Shown here piece after piece: positions 24,701 through 37,453 of a stretch of DNA of 64,000 nt. Source of the DNA: Paraphysomonas bandaiensis. Lineage: Eukaryota; Protista; Chrysophyceae. A program made the position numbers and the translations under genes. The notes beneath the pieces were generated by a model that did no database searches, was not told the DNA's origin, and saw only the letters and a program-made list of their open reading frames with translations. The stretch's first letter is position 1. Each line of letters opens with the position of its first letter. The stretch covers positions 1 through 64,000 of the forward strand of contig CBFFRP010000432.1 of NCBI GenBank assembly GCA_965644295.1, given 5' to 3'.

Positions 24701-25827
24701 TGGTACAACAATATCAGATGAAATCACTCGAGGACATTACTCAGGAGCATATTCAGATCCAGAAGAACCTGCGGGATAGGATCAAAGATTTGACTGAAGA
24801 TAAAAAAGCTTTAAATCGAAAAATCACCGAGCAGGAGATATGGGTTGACTCTGTGAATACCTTTCTGCAGGAGCACGAGGAGGAGCGGGATGGACAGGAG
24901 CGGACATATACTGACGTTTATGACACAGAAGATGATGGTTACGCAAGTGCAATTTCATCACCTAAGCGAGTTCCCTTCACCACTGATATCACAGAAGAAT
25001 CAGACGATGAAAATGACTCTCTGAATATCGAGTATGAGAACGGGAGACCCCGCAGTGACTCGAATTCTAGTAACACTCCGAAGAGAAGTGTGAACGGTCG
25101 AGTTGTTCCAAGCGTGATACCATCTCCGAAACAGGGACAGGTGTCGATATCGTCTCCGCGTAAGAATTCCATCGTGCTCTCCACTCTAAATGAGAGCAGT
25201 GCACGATTCAAGCTAGTGAAGCTTGGGCTCAGAACATGTACTCGCGCTATGCAATATGTTTTTGAGGAGGAAATGATACAACAGCAGGAGCGTTTATCTG
25301 CATTGCATAAAATGGGTGGACGGCTCGACAGCAAGATCTCTGAGGTGCACAGAACTGCTGCAGAGTTGGAGGCTGCTCGAGAGTTGACAGAGCACATTCG
25401 CCAGAATCTTCGGGAAAGCCATGAAAGGGAGCGGGTATTGGAGGAGCAGATATCTGATCTAGAAGCAAAGCTACGAGAGATGCAAAGGGAGAAGAGCGAA
25501 ATGTTATCATCGGAAGATTGTACTAAGACAAAGTTTATCCAACTTGAATTCGAGAGGTCTAGTCTTCGTGCCCAGCTTGTTAAAGCGAAAGCCGATCTGG
25601 AGGAACTTATGCTTGAGAATAGACATCTTGAATCTGTTGTAGCGGACCTCAATGAGCGCTTAGATGCAAAGACAGAGGAGAATATCATGCTCATCAGTGA
25701 CTTGGATCTGGCGGAACAAAGAAATAGTGTGGTAGTGGCCGAGAGGGATGAGCTCGTTCTTCAGTTTATTAAAGGGGGACGACACGTAGTGGATGAAAAC
25801 GGTGTTGAAACGTTGTATACTGACTAG
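21714..25827 (+). CDS. Kinesin, kinesin-7/CENP-E-like motor with long coiled coil (8 exons)
   Basis: VTVCVRIRP, P-loop YGQTSSG|KT, NAHSSRSH, LVDLAGSE, HVPYRDSKLTRLLQSALGG, then extended coiled coil. Confidence 0.95.
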
Positions 25828-26643
25828 TGTAAGTAGTTCGAGGACGAGGCAGCAGTATTTCCGTGTACCTGTGCTGTCAGTTAGCAGTATATTGTGGTAA
25901 TCGCTGTGATAGTGATATATGTACTGTTGCAGTTACTGTCTATTATACTTCTGCGATTATGTGTGAAAATATGGACCGTATATATAAAACCGGTAGGCTG
26001 AAAATAGAAATGTGCATTACTTGAATCTATACTGTACTCTAACTGAAAGCGAAAAAGTATATATGCTACCTGGTTCTTCTTTACGTTCATCGATGAAGCC
26101 CGTGGAATCTACACTGTACCTAACGCAACAGAAAACTCGTAACAGAATTTGAAGAGTTAGATATAGAATTACCTGACATATTAGTTATATAGGTTTTTTA
26201 AGACTTAAGAAAAGCACTTCTCAAAGTCAATAGTATTTTCAATTTGTGTATATCAGACATCAGTGAAAGAGTTGCACAAGATATTAGCAATTGACGGAGC
26301 ATGTATAACTGAGCATGATATTTAAGTGTGTATTATTCAGGAAAGGCTTCTGTTATTTCACCTTTACCACTGTGCTGCAGTATCCAATGCTCCAGAAATA
26401 TATGTACAGCTTCCTATAATCTTAGTTTAGTGTATGATACATAATCAACACAACTGACTATTTACACAAAAGTATAACAGCTTGCTACTTACTACTTACT
26501 ATAAATAAGTTGTTACCATCTCTGGGTTACAACCTTGGTGCAGAAACGTAGTATTACTACTATTATGACATGAAATATATGCCACAAAACGAAACAACAC
26601 AATACGTGTTGGAATAGCGAACAATTCAAATACATACGACGTA

Positions 26644-27200
26644 TTAGCTTAGGGATACAGGTTCACTTCTACTCACATCAGTTTTGCACATGGTAGCTAC
26701 AAAATCAGTCATGAGCTTCGTGGTATTGGGAGACATGGCTTCATTGTCATGCCCAACCCCTTCAACAATTTCCATACGCCAGATGAAAGGGACGCCGTAC
26801 CGAGTTGCCATTTCCTGCCCCACTCAAAACGAGGCTTTACTCGTTTTTAAATGGCTTTGTCCCTACTCGTAAGCGCTTTTGGTTTGGCAGCAATTGCAAG
26901 CAGGAGTGGATGGTCGGGATCAAGTCCATCAAAGCACCCTGATGAAATCGTGTTGTGCTTATTCTTCATCATATACAACACCAGGAATGTGATACTTCAG
27001 CGGCACTGTCTTTCGAATTAGGTTACTCCTGTTTCGAATATATCTCCTGAGTTACTTCATTCTGTTCCAGGGATACGATCCTGACAATGACAGGGCGACA
27101 ACAGAGTGGTCGTGCTCTAGAGTAAGCTCAATATACGTCGGGTTTGCGATAACACCATAACAACATGGTCCCAGTCGTCAGCTTGTAGTGCTCATGGTTT
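26644..27200 (-). pseudogene. Decayed alpha/beta-hydrolase-like gene, C-terminal half
   Basis: Pieces across stops and shifts: VIANPTY...SYPW, DPDHPLL, AYE*GQS, then VGQEMATRYGVPFIWRMEIVEGVGHDNEAMSP. This recalls bacterial hydrolases ending QG..R..RG..FF....FNW....VPGVGH...M. Confidence 0.55.
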
Positions 27201-27336
27201 ATGTAATCGACCAGTATAGTCCTTATATCTCAATGACTCCCACATACTCTCATCACCCTCAGAATCTCTCTATAGTATAGGATACAGTGATTCCTGTGTC
27301 GTATATGGGTAGTATCTTACAAGTGGTATAGGTATG

Positions 27337-27533
27337 CCATGGAGACGTTTTTCGACAAAGCGGACGAGTCTGGTCCCACTTCATTTTTTTGTATTGTGTT
27401 TTTTCGTATGGAATGTGAGTGTAGAGCTTTGAAATTGTGGTCAAAATGACCACAATTTTTTTATTTCGAGTGGGACCAAATACAGTCCGACAAGTGGAGG
27501 GCTGGTCCACTTTGTCAAAAAGCGTCTCCATGG
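27337..27533. mobile_element. MITE family B (~197 bp, ~33-bp TIRs)
   Basis: Left ccatggagacgtttttcgacaaagcggacgagtc versus reverse complement of right ccatggagacgctttttgacaaagtggaccagcc. Inner inverted pair tggtcccact/agtgggacca. Confidence 0.8.
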
Positions 27534-27688
27534 TATGGTAGGTAGAGTGAGGTACAGTACTGTATATTCACATATAAGAGCATGAGGCGGTGACTTCCCT
27601 CTTCTTATATGAGACATGGAGGAGTATCTTCGTGGGCTACTCTGGATAAGATGTACAGGGCGGGAGTCCCATATCTATCTGGACGTAT

Positions 27689-27826
27689 GCATCTTCTTTT
27701 TCGGAAATAAATTGAAGCAAAATCTTGTATATTACTGAAATACAATTACGGCTGGAATACACATAATTGTTGCCTCAATATTAGAGGCATCTCTGATCAA
27801 AAATATATAGAAAGGATGCGATACGG
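27689..27826 (+). repeat. Dispersed repeat, copy 1 (matches 49798-49917)
   Basis: Shared gcatctt...attgaagcaaa...ataattgttg.ctcaatattagaggcatct.tga.caaaaatata...aaaggatgc.gatacgg. Confidence 0.85.
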
Positions 27827-28227
27827 ATATCTGTATATTGGTGTATGGAGATGCTATGCTATGGGGATGCCCATATGTTCATATCAGCCATGTAGTAATA
27901 CCTGGAATACCGTACGACACCATATGGATAATACATACATTGCCAAGTCCTCCATATGGTATACTCAACTGTATACATCTGTTGTCCACATCACGAGCAG
28001 CAGTCCACTCTCCCTCCAATCAATCCCACCTCCTAGTTACCAACCAATCCATAATACTGTCCTTTTATTGGATAATATCTTCCAAACAGATGTTATCATG
28101 AGAGAATCATATACAGCAGCGTATGTATGGACACTCCCACATCTCTCTCTCTAGACTCACATCAAGTTAGTCAGGTAGTTAATCCATCAAACCACAATTA
28201 CACTCTGAACTATTTCATTCATTCATC

Positions 28228-29700
28228 ATGAATTTTGTTGAAGAGATGACTGAGGGAGCAGTGGCAGTGTCCAGGAACTACACAGAGCATAACACGGACC
28301 TGTCGTGTCGTGGGTTTGACTCTTTTCAGGATGCAGTATTCTTTCACTCTCCAGTTATCGGTCAAGGGGAATCTTTTGAAGAAGGCAGTGAGGCAAAAGC
28401 GAAGTGGTTAGCGAAGTATAATAAGAAACGTGGATATTTTCCTGCGAGAGCTTTGGCACTATTGCAGCCGTTGAGAGGAAAAGTCATACTGCCGCTGGGC
28501 ATTCCTCACCTTGAGGAGCTATGGAAGTTCTTTCAAAATCAATTAAAGCTAGATGATGATCAGGTTATATGGTTTCATCATGAACAAGGAAATACCTTTG
28601 AATATGATCTCATGAGAGACGAATCTGCCGTGGCAACACTGAAAAATATCATTGCCACCAGCGCTCCTGGTGATGCAACACGCACATTATTCTTGTTCTC
28701 GAATCGTCCTGAAATTACACCATGGGCAGAAGATCTTGGCTTTCATGTAGTGAAGGATAGTCGAAGCTGGCGTGATATATATGGGTTTAAGGACATTCTG
28801 CACCCCCGCCCTGGTGCTGAATCCTCTGTATTGCAAGATATCACCATTAATTGTGGTGTTGAAATGCCTGTACCACGAGGATACGTCTGCTCTAATACTG
28901 CTGAGCTAATGCAAGCTGTGGACTTAATGCGCACTCGCACAAGGAGTGGTGGTAGTCAGGATCTTGTCACGGATGTTCTCCTTAAGCCTGTAAGTGGATC
29001 AGATGGGGACGGTATCGAATTTTATTCTCTTAGCGATACTAAGGCCTTCGAAGAATACCGTTTTTCAATGGGGGAGATTTTGTTGGAGGAAAAGTTGAAC
29101 TTAGAGAGATATCCGGATGGATCTGTAATGTCTATTGTGACCCACTATTTTGGTGATAAGCTCTTAGGTCCCTCGTGCGATCAACTCCTCGGCAGTGCTA
29201 CCAGTAGCACTGCATTCAATGGAAATATATTTCCATCAGCTATTTCCCGCCCCCTGCGAAAGCAGTGCGAGGAAGTGGCGGAGGCGATCATGAAAGTGAC
29301 TTTACCTCAGGGTCCTGGGGGATTCGATTTCCTATTCCAGGATGGGAAACCATACCTGGTAGACGTAAATGCTGGCAGGTTCAATGGGGGTATGTACCCA
29401 AAAGCTTTCCATAAACAGTACGCATCCCGACAAAGTGCATATGTCTCATTCAAACACGTTCCCAATTGTTCAGTTGACGAGATGTGGGAGGTACTCAAGA
29501 GGCACAATATGGATTTCATTCCTATTCTTCCCTCAGATATCTCGGACGCTAATGGCGAATCGGATGATCCCAGACGCGGCACATATGGCGTATTTCCTCT
29601 TGTACACTTGCCTGGAAACTTTGGTTCTTATCTGGCTATTGCACAAACAAGAGAGGAAGTATTGCAACTAAAAGATAGATTTCTTGAATTCAGATTTTAA
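28228..29700 (+). CDS. Intronless ATP-grasp ligase with pre-ATP-grasp-like N-terminus (PGM1-like)
   Basis: 490-aa ORF with MPVPRGY, VLLKPVSGSDGDGI, ILLEEKL, FNGNIFP and GPGGFDFL...YLVDVNAGRFNGG. Confidence 0.85.
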   Translation: MNFVEEMTEGAVAVSRNYTEHNTDLSCRGFDSFQDAVFFHSPVIGQGESFEEGSEAKAKWLAKYNKKRGYFPARALALLQPLRGKVILPLGIPHLEELWKFFQNQLKLDDDQVIWFHHEQGNTFEYDLMRDESAVATLKNIIATSAPGDATRTLFLFSNRPEITPWAEDLGFHVVKDSRSWRDIYGFKDILHPRPGAESSVLQDITINCGVEMPVPRGYVCSNTAELMQAVDLMRTRTRSGGSQDLVTDVLLKPVSGSDGDGIEFYSLSDTKAFEEYRFSMGEILLEEKLNLERYPDGSVMSIVTHYFGDKLLGPSCDQLLGSATSSTAFNGNIFPSAISRPLRKQCEEVAEAIMKVTLPQGPGGFDFLFQDGKPYLVDVNAGRFNGGMYPKAFHKQYASRQSAYVSFKHVPNCSVDEMWEVLKRHNMDFIPILPSDISDANGESDDPRRGTYGVFPLVHLPGNFGSYLAIAQTREEVLQLKDRFLEFRF

Positions 29701-30499
29701 TATTTTTGATATTGTGGAACCGAAAGGTAGTTTTTAGGCGTATACAACTGTCTATGACGGGGTGTACTGCTGTTATAACCGTAGAAAGAGTACACACCAA
29801 TGATGTAAATTAAAACAGTGTAATATTTTTCAAGATACAGAGTCAAGAAAACAATTAATATTTGAGCACCTAGTATTATAAAATTCAACGGTAGCAATAT
29901 ATGAGCGTTTCTACGAGAGATTGTGTGCATGGTTTCTGGTAAATAGTTGATGATTTGCATTATAGTTGGCATGTAAAGTAAACACTTAACTCATTTTGAA
30001 CTTATCCTTCCACCTTCCAATCATTAAATTTTAGTATATATTATATACATGAGAGGTTCCTCATTGCTATGTAATTTTAAAAGCTAGCACTAGTAGCACA
30101 AAGTATTTGATTTTAGGAATTTAGTAAATATTTGTTAGGAATTCCGTGCAACATGTCGTTTCTTGCATTACACAAAAAAGCAACACTTTCTTTATATTTC
30201 ATCGCACATGTTTTGATATTCATGTGAAGAAATAAAAGAATTTCTTACGGCTGTACTATGTAAGTATATGATTTTATCGCTATACGTATGTATTATATAT
30301 AATGTTTATGTCGTATACAACATAAAACGATAACTAGCGAAACAAAGAAGAAAACGACAAGTTGAAGAGTGGAAGATGGCCCTCACTGCTCAAAATTATG
30401 TTGTTCGTATGCTAATAGGTATGTATTAAATAAGGAAAAGTCAGCTTCTGCACACATCTCCAATATTCATCTAATTTCTAGCTATTTTAAACTCACAAT

Positions 30500-33400
30500 T
30501 CAAATCGTATCAACTTCAGCTATAAGGGAGACTTTGCGCACGCCCTTCCACAATGCAATTCCCTGGACAGCCATCCGCCACCACACCTTCTTTGCGTTTA
30601 TGTTGTTGGGATTATTATTCTCCGGACTACTCTGGAACCATCGCACATCTTCCATATTTCGTTTCTGAAGCCATTCGATAGGGTAAAGAGGTGCTTGCGG
30701 TGCGACACTGGCAGAAATGCCATCTATATACTGGTCCATGGCCAACTGAAGCTGTAATAATAGATGATTTATTCAATTTTTTAAACATCAACAGACGCAC
30801 CTGGCAAGCAAGAATCTGGTTTTCGTAGCTGCCTACTAAAAGCAGGGTCTCACATACTTCTGAGACTGCACGGGCAACAGAGGATACATCGCCCAGGGCG
30901 TAAAGCTTCTTCGACATGGCGCTCTCCTGCTTGAGCCCGAATACGTCTCTACCACCACCTTCGTGTTTGAGGTGTCGCTTCTGTCGCCTTTTGCGAAGCT
31001 TTGGATGCTCATACTGAGAAAACTCTGTCTTGTCTGTCTTCCCACGACTCAATAGGTTATGGTCGAGTCCTTCGATGGCGAAGGACTTCGAGTCATCTCT
31101 GCGAGACCCGTCCACATTGCTACTCGAGAGAGAGATATTGGACAGCATGGACAGGGTAGACGATGCAGTTGACGACTCAGACATATTCGACGCTAGAGAT
31201 ATATCACTGTAAACACTCGCCCCGCCACCAAAGTCGCTCCTGCTATCCTCAGCCTCTTCATGCATAGCGCCCTGAATAGCGGCTAGGAGACTCGCGTCCA
31301 CACCAGAAACTGAAGTTAGTCTGCCAGGGGCATCCACCCACAATGCAGACAGCTTCTCCACTAACTCAAGATGTTTCTCTTGGCGAACCTTCAGAAGACG
31401 TATCATAGTCTTGGCCTCTGTCTTCGCAACTCCGCCAACCTATAGACGAAAACGATAGTCAGAGTAATTCAACATACAGTACAATCTCGTCACCTCCTCT
31501 CGGAGTAGGTCAAGTCGTCTTTTGCGAGATGCCAGCTGGGCAGCTTGTAACCATCGTTTTGACAACAGAAGAATACCAACAGCGCCCTCAACATCATCGA
31601 AGTAGTCAAGACAAAGGTTGCATGCCTCCATCGCCCGGTCATGAGTAGTCACCGTCGCAGAAGAAGCATCACCGCTGGTAGAGTTCGATACATCATTGGA
31701 ATTGCTACCATGCTGGAAAGCCGTCACATGTTCGCTTTCAGGATCCTCTCCACCAAATCCCTGTTCTAACGTAGAGCGGTAGTCGTCAATTAGCTGCTGA
31801 GCAATTGTCTTGGGGTCAAGAGAGCTAACAGTCTGAGTCTGAAAGAAGGGGTTCTCATCTTCTTCCTGTAGCTCAGCTGCTTCCGGATCAAAGTACTTCC
31901 CTCCAATGCCAAGAGCAAGAGACCAGTCCCCACTCTGAATAGCACATTGCACGGCTGCTCGAGGACTATCTCTTTCCGAACTGGACAAGTACGCAGACAC
32001 AGCCTCAGAGTATTCACCTTTGGAACCACAGGACTCTCCATATGAGTGGTACACCTTGGAGAGAAGAGACGATACGAGGACGATGGCAGGATGGTTGGAA
32101 GACGCTGCCTTTTTTCGTGGACGGAGTTGAAGTCCGCCACTCCGTGGGACAGCAGCCGCTGATTCGGTTATCGCAGTAGCCACTTTCTGTCGTAGCCGCC
32201 TCAAGATAGGAAAACACATTGAGTGAAGACTCTGGGTAGACACTGTTGAGAGAATATCTTGCACCAGGGCATTAGTATCAACACAATCGCCGTTGTCCTC
32301 CGCTGGTGTAACTAACCTGTGGGCAAGAACATCTAGACACTGCAGGGCCCAGAGAAGTCCTTGGTCGTACCTCTTGAGGTGACTGTAAACAGTAAACCTC
32401 ATCCAGCAGTATTGAGCAACGCTTCGTAGAGGACTCGTTTCTAGTGCTGTGTCAAAGGTATCAATCGCAACGATCCGGTGTGAGTTATCAGTGGTCTCAT
32501 CACTTGGCTTGAAGGTCTGGAGTTTCTGTAGTAGTGGTAAATATACCTTGGGGTCCATTTGACTGTCTTGTTTGGCAACAGCACGTGCCATATCGAAATC
32601 ACACTCCCCTAATGCAGCATCGAAGAGTTCTTTGTAATCACATAAAAATGCAATGTACTTCAAACATTTCTGAGCCCTTGCTGTACTCAGGGCAGTTGCC
32701 ATAGAGTGTTGAGAGGCAGTGGTTGTAGAGGGCTCTGACCGGGGAGTAATTGGTAGTGAAAGTGCGTACCTCTTAATGACATAAAGGCCGTGCGCTAGCA
32801 ATGGCGGTTTCTGCTTCGCGTAGCAGCACAGCAAAGGCAACAGTATGTGCGTAGTATCCACGTTAGTCTGGCTTTTCTGAACAACACTGTCTTTTGCGTG
32901 CATGTCATACAAGGCTGAACGAATATGCGCACACACCGTGTTTACTTTTTCATCCCAGTTAAATTGCACCATACTAGAGGCATCTACGGAGACGTCTGTC
33001 GCATGTGCCGTGGGCAAAGCATCGCCCAACGACGTTGCAGAATGGGCGATCGTGCTCATTGGTGCCACTTTAGTCAAGTACATCTCGGGGAGAGGATATT
33101 TGGTAGCACATACATTTCCGTTCTCAAGGCCCGAGACTAACAGCGGGAGAAGGTCCGAGCTTTTCCCCACGGCCTCTATGACGAACTGCGGAACATGTGC
33201 AATGAATCTGGAGGGGCTATGATCCACTAGCAAATTTAAGTCAACCCTTTGTTTTCGCAGTAGCATCAGGCACTCTAGGTATTTGTTTGCATCCAATAAG
33301 AGCCTGGAACGGATCAGAACTAAAGGACGGGGGTCACACCCCTCTAGATTACCCCGTGGCATCTGCAGTACTACCTGGGAGGATCCATTGGGCGATCCAA

Positions 33401-35640
33401 CTATACGACATCCTCTTTCTACAGGACGGGGCGCAGAAAAGGTGTAGGAGGGCTGTGCCCCAGCTTCCCCCGCCAGCAAATTGGACTCAATGTCGTGCAC
33501 CATTCCGTGCAGAGAGTTGAGAGATATAAAATGCAGCAATGGTTTCGACGTCGCCGTCACGAACATCAGTACCCCCAAAGCGGGATTTACTGCAAAAGAA
33601 GACACATGGGATGCGGATAGCAAGTTGTCACAACAATAAAATCGTGAGGTATGTGGTGCAGAGGTTAGACCCACGCAAACATACTTCCTGTCACAACTTG
33701 TGGGCGATCCTTCGCCATCAACTTTGTGAGTAGCATCGCAAGTATCAAAACCAACTACAGACAATTTTCGTCCACAATTCTCTGCGAATGTGAACTCAGT
33801 GGAGAATTCTACACCACCATCAGAATGGAATGACATCTTCACTACATCAAATGAGGACACGACACCACTACCCGTACTGAGTCCTATGCCAATGCAATCG
33901 ACGTCATCCGCCCAGGAGATGAGACGCAAGACCCGGCCAGATGCCTGTATGGGATACGTATCCATGCGCCAGGTTGATTCCACCTTGTGGAGCACAAGCA
34001 CATCGTCACCAGTTGCCAAGGGATTTTCAGCATTGGCGATACGCCCTGCTATACAAACAATAACCAGGTTACCGTGACATTCAGTAGAAGAAGAAGAATA
34101 TGAAGTGCACTCCACTGCCTGCACGGAGCGGAAGCAATACACAGACGAGTCGATACCGCACTTCTGGGCAACATCGGATAAAGAAATGTCTTCGCAGCAC
34201 GAAGGCTTCACGTGTCGTTTATCTTCCACTGATCCGCTCCAGAGGCGGATGACATCCCCATCACACAAAACACACATTCCCCATGGAAAGGAGCTGCTTC
34301 GGAGGGTATTCCAGAAGGATAGGTGGCGTGAAGGAGATGGGAGGAGTAGCTGGTGCATACTCATAGGCGGTGGAACTAGAGCTTTACCCAAAGGGGTAAG
34401 GAGAACCTCTTTCCCATCCGCAACAGCCACCGTGCAATCTGCAGAATTAGATACCACGGTGTCCCACACAAGGTCTATTACGCGCAGACATAAGCCAGAC
34501 ATGCTGTCACCCTGACTAGCAGGCAGTTTCATACTCATGAACAGTCTGTCAGATAGTTCCGCATCGAAGCCGTGACAATACAATCCTTTTCCAGACCATT
34601 GCTGTTTCAAATACCAGTGCGCATTGTTTCGGTAGTACACCTGCACGAACTGGTCGGAATTAGGATTCTCAGTGGATTGAAGACAGGCGGCTAACAGAGT
34701 CGTCTCGATGTTATAGCACAGCTTCGTAACACGAAACGCTGATCCATCTACACCGGGTACAGGACTCTGAAAACACGAAGCATTACAATAATATTGGATA
34801 TTCAAAAAACTGTATACAGCACTAATTTATAAGTTAGAAACGAACCTGAACGTCGAATTCACCGTGCCTGAGTCCACTGCGCTCAAAAAATACGACTTGC
34901 TGCTTTTTAGGGGTCCGCATCTGAGGAACAGCTATAAGGCTCCCATTCGGGGCGTACGCCATTGCAGGGAGGAGGTTTTTTACTATCGCACCAGATCCTT
35001 CAGCTACAGTCTTTCCTGTACTCAGGAGATTCAGATCACGATCGTATATGCGTACACGGGCAATGCCATCGGACGCGTCGGTTGAAAAGAGAGAGAATTG
35101 CATTCCATCCCCACGCCAAGTCAGCACACATGGAGAATTCGGAGATCGTGTTTCAATCGGGACTTCATTAATTACGTCGACAGTATTAGTCATCAACAGC
35201 AAGGAATCATTGTTAGTTACAAGGGCTAGGCAGGTTTGGTCCGGACTCCATGAGGCATCACCAATGCCATCGTCCACACAACCCTCATGCTCAGGTAGCA
35301 CGTTCCATTCATCTGTACTTCTATCGCTCTGAATTGAACAGATCGATCCAGAGCGAGATATGCACACAACAGACTGTACTTCATTTATAACTTGAACAGA
35401 AAACCATTTGCTGTCATCAGAAGCAGTAGATATGAGCTGCCATGGCTCATGAGATATATGAGGCTCATCAGATATATTATAGACGAGAAGCACACCATCT
35501 TTTGTTAGGACAAAGACTTCTTCTTTATCTGTATTGGCGCATACATCAACAATGAGGCTATCATCTCTAAGGGATAATTCAGGCGTTAGTTGACTGGGAA
35601 AATTCCATATGAGGTCCTGCAATACAATGGTGTTTCTCAT
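30500..35640 (-). CDS. ELP1: Elongator complex protein 1 (4 exons)
   Basis: WSPDQ, WRGDG, FFERSGLRHGEF, NAHWYLKQ, VPPPMS, RPVERG, LQMPRGNLE, RKQRVDLNL, SQMDPKVYLPLL and a basic Ser-rich C-terminus. Confidence 0.96.
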
Positions 35641-36162
35641 GGCTTATCTGACACTGCTACAGAGCTTAACAGATAACGAGAAGAGTGATACACAAACGAG
35701 AGTCTATATCTCACGAGGTATCATATACTTGTAATAACAATATGAGCTCTGACCACTTCTACGTACCACTTAATCAATATACGTCTATGTATACGTCCAG
35801 TACCTATGCATATATATATATATGGACTACTCGTACAGTCCCATACAGCAGCACAGTGCTGTGGACTATTATTGGATGGTGTACTTCCTCTTCATATGCA
35901 ATCAGAGCCCCATGTCTGGTATACAGGTATACACTACTGTAGTCCCATCACAGATGCGGAGTTTGTATGTCAGAGAATACAATGATAATACAGAGAATCC
36001 AGAAGAAGGCGATGATGCAAGCGAAGCATCTATCTACAGTATGTATATATATAGGCAGCACGTATATGGTATACTATGACACCTACATACCTCCACTTGT
36101 CTCTTGCTTCCTGCAACATATCTGCACTAATAGTATTGATTAAGTCACTCTCGATTGAACTA

Positions 36163-36921
36163 ATGATTTCTACATTGATTTCGAAGCCAAGACCATTGTC
36201 TGCTCTCCTTCCGAGCAAATTGAGATATCGCAATATGAGCAGTGCGACCAAGAAAGTTGCCGTTGTGTTATCTGGAAATGGTGTGTTTGATGGTACTGAA
36301 TGCACAGAAGGTGTTGCAACTTTAGTCCACTTGTCAAGAAATGGTGTTGAGTATAATTGCTATGCTCCTGATATGGAACAAATGCATGCTCTTGACCACA
36401 CAACTGGGTCAGAACATGCTACTAATCGCAATGTACTTCAAGAATCTGCAAGAATTGCGCGTGGTAATGTTCAACCGTTATCTAAACTTGTAGCTTCTTC
36501 TTATCATGCACTGATCATCCCTGGTGGGTTTGGCGCTGCGAAAAACCTCAGTAGCTGGGCTGTCGATGGTCCTCAAGCATCTGTACAGCCGGATGTGGCA
36601 CGTGTCATCAGAGATTTTCACGATTCTGATAAAGTTATTGGTGCATGTTGTATTGCACCCACACTACTTGCACTAACCTTGAAGAAAGACATCGAGATTA
36701 CTGTTGGAATGGCGGAAGGCGATAAGTGGCCCTATGCTGGCACTGCTAATCAACTTGCTGATCTCGGTGCTGTTCACAAACCCTGTTCAATCGAAGAAAT
36801 TGCTGTTGATTCGAAAAATAAATTAGTTACTGCACCGGCTTATATGTATGACGGGAAGCCGCATGAAGTGTATGACTCAGTTGGGAAAATGGTAGATGCG
36901 GTTCTGAACCTTACAAAGTAG
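36163..36921 (+). CDS. GATD3: ES1/ElbB-type class I glutamine amidotransferase-like (DJ-1 superfamily) protein, probably mitochondrial
   Basis: KKVAVVLSGNGVFDGTE, RNVLQESARIARG, PGGFGAAKNLS, CCIAP, LVTAPAYM. Basic, Ser-rich, acid-free leader from the ATG at 36163. Confidence 0.92.
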   Translation: MISTLISKPRPLSALLPSKLRYRNMSSATKKVAVVLSGNGVFDGTECTEGVATLVHLSRNGVEYNCYAPDMEQMHALDHTTGSEHATNRNVLQESARIARGNVQPLSKLVASSYHALIIPGGFGAAKNLSSWAVDGPQASVQPDVARVIRDFHDSDKVIGACCIAPTLLALTLKKDIEITVGMAEGDKWPYAGTANQLADLGAVHKPCSIEEIAVDSKNKLVTAPAYMYDGKPHEVYDSVGKMVDAVLNLTK

Positions 36922-37453
36922 AAATTATAACTATAATGGCTAAAGTGAGATATAATCAATTCCTGTCTGGATAATAGCTAGCTTGCTGTGACTGTGAGCT
37001 CTGGATAAGCATGATATAGCGAATTCATTTAGGGCACATGTAAGCCTGCGATACCTATTGTACAAGCTCTTTGATCGCCAAACAGTCGTAGCAAATAACT
37101 TACTGTAGTGACATCACGTTGTAATATAACGAGCATCTAATGTAACCCGAAGTATGAACGTCCTATGGAAGTTATTTTTATTTCAAAATAAGAAAGTTTT
37201 CATTAGGTGATATGTAAAATCACGGAGCAATCTATATAATACTTTGTAAGCAAAATGTTCTTTACACAAAAAAGATGTTTTTACGTGAGATGCAAGAATG
37301 CTATTAACTTCGTTATACGTTACCCACCACTACTACATAAAGAGCATTAAAAAACACAACATAGACGAACATAAAACACACAGAGAGAACATGTAGATTA
37401 AATGGCATTGCATAGAATACCAAATAAATATTTTGCGCTAATTTACGCCGTTA

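Noticed and set aside
24939-25694. 251-aa antisense ORF, and similar ones opposite the LINE, copia, ELP1 and thioredoxin genes
   Set aside because: Shadow frames of genuine coding strands with no motifs.
36076-36162. Longer N-terminus for GATD3 from the ATG at 36076
   Set aside because: The ATG at 36163 gives a cleaner mitochondrial-type leader; the upstream start cannot be excluded but has no support.
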